64,000 nt of DNA, taken from positions 180,296,001-180,360,000 of the forward strand of contig OZ024740.1 in the NCBI GenBank assembly GCA_964016885.1. Reading direction: 5' to 3'. Positions 54,287 through 64,000 of this stretch are shown here, one piece after another. This DNA is from Eledone cirrhosa. Lineage: Eukaryota. Each line of letters opens with the position of its first letter. Within the stretch, counting starts at the first letter, position 1. Below the pieces are notes generated by a model. That model did not search any database. It worked only from the letters and a program-made list of their open reading frames with translations, and was not told where the DNA came from. The position numbers and the translations under genes were made by a program.

Positions 54287-57200
54287 AACCAAAATGAACT
54301 CTTCCACACCGAACACCACTGACGCCACCACCACCATAACTGAAACTAAAATTAACAATAGCAAAAATAACGATAACAACAACAGCAACAATGAAATTAA
54401 GAAAACTACGCTGAGTTTTGCCAGAGTAGCAAAAACGTGCGAAGCGATCCAGGTAACTCAGGAGGAATTAGAAGAAGCCAAAGGAATGGTAAAGAAAGAT
54501 GGGTACAGGACCAGCCCCCCCCCCCCACACACCTAATAAAATGGAGCAAAGTCGCCTATGCACCGTGTTTTATCGGACAATTAATATACACTCGCGCCGA
54601 GTGGAACGGGCATCCGAGTCCCAAATCCCAAAAGCTTTGGGACATGTGTGGGCAAAAAAACCCACATCAGACGTGGGCAGAAGTATGGAACCGTGGACGT
54701 GTTCTTTGAAACACCACAAGAGGCCAGAGAACACTCCATGGCCCCATTAAGAACTGACGACTTCACACTCATCCCAAGCTATTGTGGCCAGAGACTTGTG
54801 AAGATCAGAGTGACCCACGTTCCACCGGCCATCGAAATTCCCTGGCTAATGGCTGTCGTTCTAGCCGGCATCGAGGCAACACCAAGATAATTGAAATAGC
54901 GAGAGAAAAGCAGGAGAACTGGTCCGGATCTGGGATGGAACTCCTGATCCAAGCGGACCATAAAAGCATTGAGGAGATCCCAGAGGTAATAGACCTCACT
55001 GACGGCAGCCACCTCACCGTAATTGTGGAGGGAAGAAGACCTAGGTATGTCGTTTGTGGTGAAGGAACCCACCTAAGGGCTTTCTACCCTCAGGGTAAAA
55101 GGTTGAGGCCATCTCACTTACCCACCCCAGTGACTCAACCATCAACACCACCAGCAGCGAAAATGGCAGAAACAACTGTAGCAGCAACAACAGAAGCAAC
55201 TGTAACAGCAACAACCCCAGCAACAGTAGCAAAACCAACAACACCACCACCCAACGCGCCAGAACTAGCACCAGCGCCTACACCATCCACCACGCCACAA
55301 CCAAAACCAATGCCTGTGGAGGATTTTCCACTCCCCGGCTTATCGCAACTGGAGACAGATTGTGACGACCAGGAGTGGGAAACAGTATCAGGAAAAAAAA
55401 AAAAATAAATTAAAAAAAAAAAATTCTGTTCCATCCCCCTCCAAAAAACAAAATACAGAGGGAAACAAATAAATTATCAAACAAAAAAGTTAGGACAGAT
55501 ATGCCACCATCCACACCAGCATCACCAACCACATCACGATAAACAGCCACACCATCACCAACCCCAACAAAACCATCACCAACACCACTAATGTCACCAA
55601 AAAGCGTAACAGAAACAAACCCACAACAAACGCAAACAAAACAAAACAACCAAAATGATACACACTACACAGCATTAAATTTGAACAACAACCAATTATT
55701 ACACTACATGCAACACAACACCAGCATCACAAAAAGACTACACAACAACCCAAAAGTTCACACCACCTCCACACATACAAATCACTCGCATCACGCAGAA
55801 AATGTACACGACACTAAAACAACAATTCCCCAAAGACATCGGAGACTTCCGACAAACACTCACCAGGAGGATTTATAAGGACATCCTTCCGGAGGAGACC
55901 ACAAGCAGTGAAAAGGATGGACAAACCATCCTTCCTCTACGAGAAGTGCGGTAAGTGGTCTTTCCCATCTTTTCCACTCTACGTTAAACATGACCTCACT
56001 CAGAATAGGCAGCATAAATGCGCGTGGATTGGGGTCGTCATGGAATCAGGGTCACCTGCTCAACACCTCAGGTCACTAAACATATATGTAGTGGCCATCA
56101 GCGAGACCAGAATCTCCGAAGCACGGGCCTTCGCACCGATCTTCTGCGACTACGATGTGTACGCATCTCCCAGCCGTCCTGGATCGGGAGGAGGAATTGC
56201 TGTGCTTTTTCGGAGAGGTTTGGATCTTGCCATACGGGCCATCTTCCTGGACCCAGAGAGTAAGTTGGTGGTGCTGGACGTGACCAGCGGAGACTGGCAA
56301 GCTTTCAGGCTAGTGACCGTCTATGCCCCGACAGGAGCAGGGCTGCCTGATTTCTTCCGGCGTCTGGAGACCTTTCTTGGAACATCCCGCTCTTTAGTGT
56401 TAGTAGGCGACTGGAACGGGATCTTAGATGCACTTTGGGACTGTGTGGGATTGGCGGATAGGGGAGGAGGGTGCAAGAGCCTCACCAACCTGCTCAGGCG
56501 TTTTGAACTCTCTGATAGGTACCGATTGGATTTCCCGAATGTGCCAATGTGGGCTTGGACAAATCGCATAGGGTCATCCAGATCATATCTAGATAGAGTA
56601 TTTTGTAGGGAAATAGATAGGTCTAGCATAGGCTGTCCACAATTCAAGATAGTCAGCGACACGGACCACAAATTCGTGATCTGTGTGCTTGATTTAGATA
56701 GGCTTCATAGACGAGGACCCGGCTACTGGAAGCTAAACGCGTCCTTACCAGCGCAAGGTCTACAGAGACCGGATTAGCGAACGAGTTAAGCAGGCGTTAA
56801 CGGGGGCCATCGTCAAATCAAGTGGTGGTTTGCTCTGAAAAGAGCGATTAGAATAGAATCGATTAGGTTGAGTAAGGCTTTAGCAATAGAGAAAAATAGA
56901 GCAGAGGGGGAACTAGTTAGAAAATTAGACGAGGCGCTTAGCAAAGGCATTGCGACCGACGTGCTTGCGGCGAAATTGGCCCTTGACCAATTCTTCAATG
57001 CAAAGCACGAAGGCTGCGTTGTCAGAGCTAGGGTGGGTGCTCTCAGACACGAGGGGACGAAAGCCGTTCAATGGGCCCGAGTGGCGGAGGCGCGTCGTGG
57101 CAACAAAGCCACGATCCGGTCTTTGGTGGACCACGACGGGCGCATGCTACTCGATCCCGGGCAAATGTGTGAAGCTTTTCAGCGACACTTCGCTCAGCTG

Positions 57201-59645
57201 TTCGGGGGCAGTGGTGGGCCGGGTCGAGGGATGGACTTTAGTGTCTACCTCGACGGACTGCCGCGGCTCTCGGCCACTGAGGTGGAGTGTTGCGAAAAGC
57301 CGATAACAGCCGCTGAGATAAGGGAGGCAATGACTGGCTACACAAGGGGTAAATCGCCTTGTGTGGATGGTCTGCCCTATGAACTTTACGTACAGATGCC
57401 AGACTTGTTCGGAGGACTCTTGGCGGAGTCTACTGCAACTGGCAACAGAAAGGGAGAATTCCCAGTTCTGTGAGCCTAGGAGCGGTGGCACTGCTGAGAA
57501 AGGATCCGAACAAGGGGGATAACACAGATAATTTCCGGCCCATAACTCTGCTAAACACAGAGTTCAAGATTTTGGCCAAGGTGCTAGCAAAGAGGTTGGC
57601 GCTTGTCGTTGGTGGTCTGGTGGGAGAGGCGCAGACATGCGCCATTCCCAACAGATCCATCCACGACAACCTCCACATCATGCGATACATCGTAGAGAGG
57701 GTAGCTAGGGAACCTGGCACGGGTGGGTCCTTGATAAATTTAAATCAGTCGAAAGCTTTCGATAGGGTCGACCATCGTTACCTAGCGGCAGTCCTGAGGG
57801 CGGCTGGCTTTGGGCCCGTCCTTAGAGGCTGGATCGCTGCCATGCACAGCGACATCTGCTCTGTGGTGAGAGTGAACTGTCACCTGTCGGAACCGTTCAA
57901 CATCATGCGCTCGGTCCGCCTAGGATGTCTCCTCTCGTCCCTCTTGTACGTATTGACTCTCGAGCCAATACTGCACAAACTGGAGACGTTGAGGGGCGTC
58001 CGGCGCGAACTAGGATGCGGAAGATCCGTGTCAGCATATGCGGACGATGTCACCGTAGTGGTGGCGAACGCCAAACACATCGAGGCGATCGGCACTACAC
58101 TAAGAGAATACGAAGCGGTGATAGGAGCAATGATCAACCAGGAAAAGTCAGTGGGCCTGCAGCTCGGCACCTGGAGAGGCAGGTCCATGCCGTCCAACAG
58201 CGTCGTCGGACGCTTTACAGACGGACCGGTTAAAGTGCTAGGGATCCGGTTCGGTCCGGACCTCCAGACAGACAAAAACTGGGACGAATTTACGAGCAGG
58301 GTGGATTATCTCACTCAGAAATGGGCCGAGAGGAAGCTATCCCTGAAAGGTCGAGCGGGAGTGGCTAACGCGTACATCGCGTCCTTCATCTGCTACCGCC
58401 TGACCGTCGTACCTTGTCCTAAGCCTCGCCTGACTGCGCTGGAGCGTTTGCTCTTTCGCTTTTTGTGCAAGGGACGCGCTCCGATGGTCAGGCGGTCCAT
58501 CTGTTGTCAACACCCGCTACGTGGAGGGCTGGGCATGCCGTGGCTGATGATGCGCAGGCACGCGCTCAGGCTACAACATCTCCACCTCTTCCTCGACGGT
58601 GATCAGGTGTGGTTGTCGTTTGCTAGACACGTATTTCCCCAGCTCGTTTTCTTGACGGAGCTGCAGTCCTGGGTCAAGCGAAGACGGAGAGGGAGCGCCT
58701 GGAGAATGGAATGTCTTCAGGCGCTCACAGCCCTCGACCAATCAGGCAATGTGATCGGTGAAAACTCCACCTCGGCGTTCTATAGAGGATTAGTGGAGGG
58801 GAAGAGCGACGACGTACTTGGGGAAACTCTAGGCGTCGACGAAAATCAACTAGCCAATCTCTTCGGAAGAACTTTCGGGCCAGGGCCTATGGACAACTTC
58901 CAGAAATCTCTGGCCTGGCAGTGCTACCGAGGAGCCTTGCCAGTTCGGGATAAACTCTACAGGCATGGAGGTGCCGTCACCCGGGCATGTCCGAGATGCG
59001 CGCAGGGTGACGAAACCGTCCTGCTCGCACTCGTCCAGTGTCCGAAAATTGCTGACTTGTGGGTTTATGTCGAACACTTGCTGTCGCGTGTAGGACGGAT
59101 CCGGCTATCATCTGAGTCCATCGTGAGGATTGCCCCGCCCTCCTCCTTTAGCCGGGAAGGGCAGGCAGTTTTTATCTGTCTGGTGGCCATGGCGAAAGAG
59201 ATAGTATGGTGGACACGTTTGAAAGGGCTGAAGACGAGCACTTACCTTTTTGGTGATGCTCTGATTGACTTTTTCAAATTTCATTTGAAAAGGAAAATCA
59301 GAGTAGAGAGGGAAGTGCTCTCTTCCCAGCATTTTGTTGAAAGATGGGTGAGAGAAGCAAGAATGGCCCGAGTGAATGGGCCTACTCTGAGTATGTGTCT
59401 GTAAATTAAAGGTGGAAAACTGGGAGAGGGAACTTGCCCTGGTGGTCAGGGTCACTGTGGTCTTTTAATGGGCTTTCTCCACAAATGTCCCTCGGAAGTC
59501 TCCCCCCTATTGGGGAATTTTTCTTTGTTATTTTATTACATCCTCTGTTTTTTACACGCAGAAATGCCCATTTGTACCGTCCTGTATTGTCCTGCACTGT
59601 CCTTAATGTCTACTTTATGTAAACCCTTGTGGTTAATAAAGAAAT
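54287..59645 (+). mobile_element. L1/Tx1-clade LINE, near full length, with disrupted ORF1 and ORF2
   Basis: ORF1 pieces LSFARVAK, GTVDVFF..KIRVTHVPP and the degenerate knuckle GRRPRYVVCGEGTHLRAFYP. APE: VVAISETR, VYAPT, LVGDWN, SYLDRV, SDTDH, GPGYWKLN. RT: NFRPITLLNTEFKILAK, KAFDRVDH, AYADDVT, CPRC finger. AATAAA at the 3' end. Confidence 0.93.
57470..59404 (+). pseudogene. Tx1 ORF2 reverse transcriptase and C-terminal zinc-finger segment (644 aa, frameshifted from upstream part)
   Basis: ORF track; YADD motif. Confidence 0.9.
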
Positions 59646-59660
59646 CATTATTATTATTAT

Positions 59661-59713
<53 letters not shown>

Positions 59714-62081
59714 TGTAGTAGTAGTAGTAGAGCAGCAGCAGCAGCTATAGTATTATTATTATCAGTAGTAGTAGTAGTAGTAGTTCTAGTTGTAGTAGTA
59801 GTAGTAATTGTAGTAGATGGTGGTGGTGATTGTGATGCTTGTTTTAATTATGGTGTTAAATGTTTTGTTACTGCTGTTGCTTCAAATGTAATTGTTATAT
59901 TCTCTGCGCAAGAACAGATATGATTAAACGCATTCCTCACTTAACTCTTTTTCTAAGGATTCCTTCCCGTTATATAACACAAATGTAGGATTTTATACAT
60001 CGATATTACTATTCTTTTAACCAGTCCTCCCCGTAGAAACGAGCATTTCTTTTTAGTTGTTAATTGACAACTTATAACGATAAAATGTATAAGGTAGAAC
60101 AATATATTCGACGCTACGGCAAAGATTCTCTCATTCTTTTAGCGCATTTCTATTTAATTTCCTTTCAGGAAATAAGATTTGAACGTATCTTTAAATTGAA
60201 CACGGAGGCTCAGACAAAATATTAAAACTAAGGTGTTCAGATGATTTATAGGCGAGTAACACCTTAAGGAATATTACAATAATGTATAATTAATTAGATT
60301 ATACCTACAATGGACAAGTGAAAGAAAATATCAAATAGCCATATTTTGAAATTGTTGTACAGATTCTGAACAGCGCTACCGATGTAAAATGATGTTAGCT
60401 GATCACATAAAATCCTGTTCAGATTGTTGATTGGGAAGTAGGTAAGTATAAATACAGTGTGGGATTTCGTGGACAAATCATCGAACATATATTTTCTCTG
60501 AGAACAGCTAGACTGTGCTAACGGTACATACAATTGTTGCCTCACATAAAAGTAAGGTGTCATGGAAGATAATAGATTCTTTGAGAATAAAATACGAATG
60601 AACACTGCGCAGTCAGTCATTCTCCACCCACCCAGAGAAAATATATTAATAATTTAAAATGATTTATCGTTTCGACTGTACCAATTAATATCTAAGTTAA
60701 AATGAATTTAATTCATATAATAGCTAAATATCTATATATTTACTTCTTTAGATAAATAGATCCTCGCACATCAACATAAAACACGCAATCATAATATATA
60801 TGCATACAAAAACATTTCACTCTCTCACCGACAATCACACATACGCACACATACACACACACACACACACATATAGATAGAGAGATAGAGATAGAGAGAG
60901 AGAGGGAGATATATGTATGTATAGGCTTGTGAATATATATGTATATATAAGTCTGTGTATATGTATAAGTATATACATATATATACACACACATACGCAA
61001 TGCCACACACTCATATATATATATAGAGAGAGAGAGATTTATATATAATGATTTAGCGGTATATTGTAATCCAAGCAATTAGGTGCTTTAACAACTTTAC
61101 CGATAATATTAAATATATTGGTCATGAAGGGTTATGTAAAATCAACAAAGAAAGATATGGCAACTTGAATGCAGAATGAAAACATATATATACATGTGAA
61201 GTGTTAGTGGTTTGGAAACTATAATTCATGGATACACTTAGGAAAAATAAATGGCTATGTATCAATAACACATTTAATGTTCTGTTAGCTAATGTTTATT
61301 TGTGATAGATCATTGTGGGACCACTTCATTTTGCACGGAGTAGAGCAAAATCTTCAGGCTCCAGAATCTCAATAGATTATCAGAAGTTATCACGTCATGT
61401 AGAACGCTGCCTATCTAATCAATACATAGTGCATGTTAGGTGTCTCTGGAAGATATTGTAAAATGTTATAGAGCTCAGATTGGAAAATTACATAAAAATA
61501 AAATCACAATATCTAGGCATATACCTATTAAGTGAAACTGCATTTTACTATGGATATTAAATGAAAGATACACGTAAATGTATTCTGTATTTCTGAATAC
61601 ATCATCAACTAAAATCAGCCATTGTATTTTAATATTTAAATATATATCTTTCTATGCACACATATATGGGCACGTATAAAAAACATACATCAGATATCTA
61701 CTAGCATCTAATTTAGATATGTAAATCATGAGTTATCTCGTGAATTATTTATGACTATCGTCTTAGATTATGTCTGAATGAAACATGGAAGAATATTAAG
61801 AATTCGTTTCCCATTTCTGTAAAGAAAATCATACGTTAACAATTCAAAATGGGTTTCCGCATAAAAGGTTTGAGATCACTATTATAGCATATGATATGCA
61901 TGCAAGATAAATTCAATTTACATTACAACAATGAAAATAATCTTATCCAAATTAGAGTGCTTTCACAAAGGAACGTTATTTTTTCATATGCCTTGTGCAC
62001 ATTTACTCGCGCACACACACACAGACAAACACACACACACACACACATACACACACACGCACGCACACGCACACACACACG

Positions 62082-62202
<121 letters not shown>

Positions 62203-62624
62203 ACACATATATATATATATATAATTTGGAGCAGGAACAGCCGTACAGTTTATATAGCTGTACAGTTCCGCATTGCAAATTAAATGGGTAGATAAACATA
62301 AATCAACTGACAGTATGCAAGCAATTTTAAAAACGATGCCCCGTTTGGAAATATTCATAATCTAAATAATTGAAAAGCATGTTTTTTACAACGTAGTGTT
62401 ATTTGTCATTATATTTTTGATGAAATCAACTGACGTATTCCAGTTATATCCTTCATCCAAAAGATACCATATTCTTGTGACATTTGTCTTTGGTATCATT
62501 TCATTTGAACGAAGCTATAATTTCCCTATGAATAAACTTATATATGTATACAAAGCCATATTAACATAAACACTCTCACACACACATATGAACATATACA
62601 TATACACATGTATACATGTGTATA

Positions 62625-62757
<133 letters not shown>

Positions 62758-62760
62758 TAT

Positions 62761-63088
62761 AGACCTCCTTCGGTCATGAGCGACCATGGGATATGCACCT
62801 AGACATTTCCCCTCTCAGGCACAAGCCCGGTCAAGTTTGTTTTAGGTAGACCAGCAGTCGACCCGTCCATACCAGTGTCCCCAGTCCCCGTCACCGAATT
62901 TGTCGAAGAGAAAATCTAATGCCGATACAACTTGCCACTTGTGACGTCCCAACACGTTTCGACAGATGAGTTAACTAAAGCATAGTGAAATAAAGTGTCT
63001 ACCTCAAGAAAACAGGACAGCCTGTTCCAGTACTTGAAATCAACCACACGATGGTAAGCCCAACGCTTTAACAACTAAGACAAGCGCC
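62761..63088 (-). mobile_element. tRNA-derived SINE (cephalopod-type)
   Basis: Minus 5' GGCGCTTGTCTTAGTTGTTAAAGCGTTGGGCT (A box) ... GATTTCAAGTACTGG (decayed B box) ... CTTGAGGTAGACACTTTATTTCAC, tail ..CTAGGTGCATATCCCATGGTCGCTCATGACCGAAGGAGGTCT followed by (CA)n. Recognised from memory of octopus repeats. Confidence 0.75.
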
Positions 63089-63153
63089 TATATAAATTCA
63101 GATGGTGAAAGTAAACATCATGCAATATTATATATATATATATATAATATAAT

Positions 63154-63700
63154 GGGAATAGGGAAGATGATGTGGTTGAGAGGAAGAGCAAAGCATGGTC
63201 GGCGTGCTACAGCTTGAGATCGGTGTGGGAGTCGGACCTTCGTAAAGACCTGAAAATCCGCCTCTTCATTGCTGTAGTCGAGTATTTGCTGCTGTACGGG
63301 TCTGAGACTTGAACACTGACCAAGAAACTCACTCAGATGGTGGATGGGTGTTACACGAGAATGCTGAGGATGGCTCTGAACATTAATCAGTATACACTGA
63401 GGATGAAAACCTCAGAGCTGTATGGGTGCCTCCCAGACGTCAGCTCAAAAGTGACACAGAGGATACTGAGGGTAGCTGGACATGTTCACCGACATCCAGA
63501 GTTGCCATTGCACTCAGAGCTCCTGTGGGAGCCCCTACATGGACACACCAGAAGACGAGACCGAGGTTAACATATGTTGATGATGCCCTAAGGACAGACA
63601 ATGGTCTGTTGGAGACGCAGGAAATGGCAGCGATAATGAGGGACAGATACCGCTGGAGAGAACTCGTCCATGGATCTCGGGAATTTTACCCGTCCTAGAA
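63154..63700 (+). mobile_element. 5'-truncated RTE LINE, same family as 44741-48052
   Basis: Matches the reverse complement of 44741-45287 (VDGCYTRMLRMALNIN..RWRELVHGSREFYP). Flanked by (TA)n. Confidence 0.93.
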
Positions 63701-64000
63701 TATATATATATATATATATGTATATATAAGACAAGGGAAGTAAAGCTCTAAATAAAACAGTGGGTATAGAGAAAAGGTGAAGTTGGAAATAGCACTGAAA
63801 ATATATTTTCGATATATTATTAAAATCGAAACCGATAATACTTTATATAGTTTATATACTTTATATACATTATAACAATTTAAAACAAAAAAGCATAGTC
63901 CCTCTCTTTATTTCAATAATGTCACTTTGACGAATCAAAGAAAGGAAAAAAAAGAAAAGAAAAACAGACCCTAAAATATATTTTCCGTGCGATTTCCAAC

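Noticed and set aside
60294-61480. Unique-looking sequence with splice-like sites (TAG|GTAAGT near 60442) and a 108-aa minus ORF
   Set aside because: No recognisable domain, and candidate exon frames contain stops.

Overview
AT-rich eukaryotic, microsatellite-dense, intronic or intergenic DNA. It is probably from a coleoid cephalopod such as Octopus, judged from a recognisable tRNA-derived SINE at 62761-63088; this assignment is from recall, not a search. No host gene could be established. The recognisable content is decayed mobile DNA: (i) many Penelope-like elements (PLEs), including a Neptune-like RT+GIY-YIG family and at least four Naiad-type GIY-YIG remnants, mostly as tail-out inverted duplications or short fold-back palindromes beside (TA)n tracts; (ii) an RTE LINE with a 10-bp TSD plus a truncated copy; (iii) R4/Dong-type RLE LINE pieces in (TAA)n; (iv) a near full-length L1/Tx1 LINE; (v) a CRE-clade fragment; (vi) several Helitrons. 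The main signal missed by the ORF track is a set of over 20 type-I minimal hammerhead ribozyme (HHR) motifs from about 8 sequence families in PLE terminal repeats. These include tandem pairs, inverted pairs in near-perfect palindromes, and non-canonical cores (a compensatory U3-A8 core, and a family with an extra nucleotide after A9). All folds were read by eye and none is shown to be active. Nearly all short IY/CV/HT-rich ORFs are microsatellite translations.
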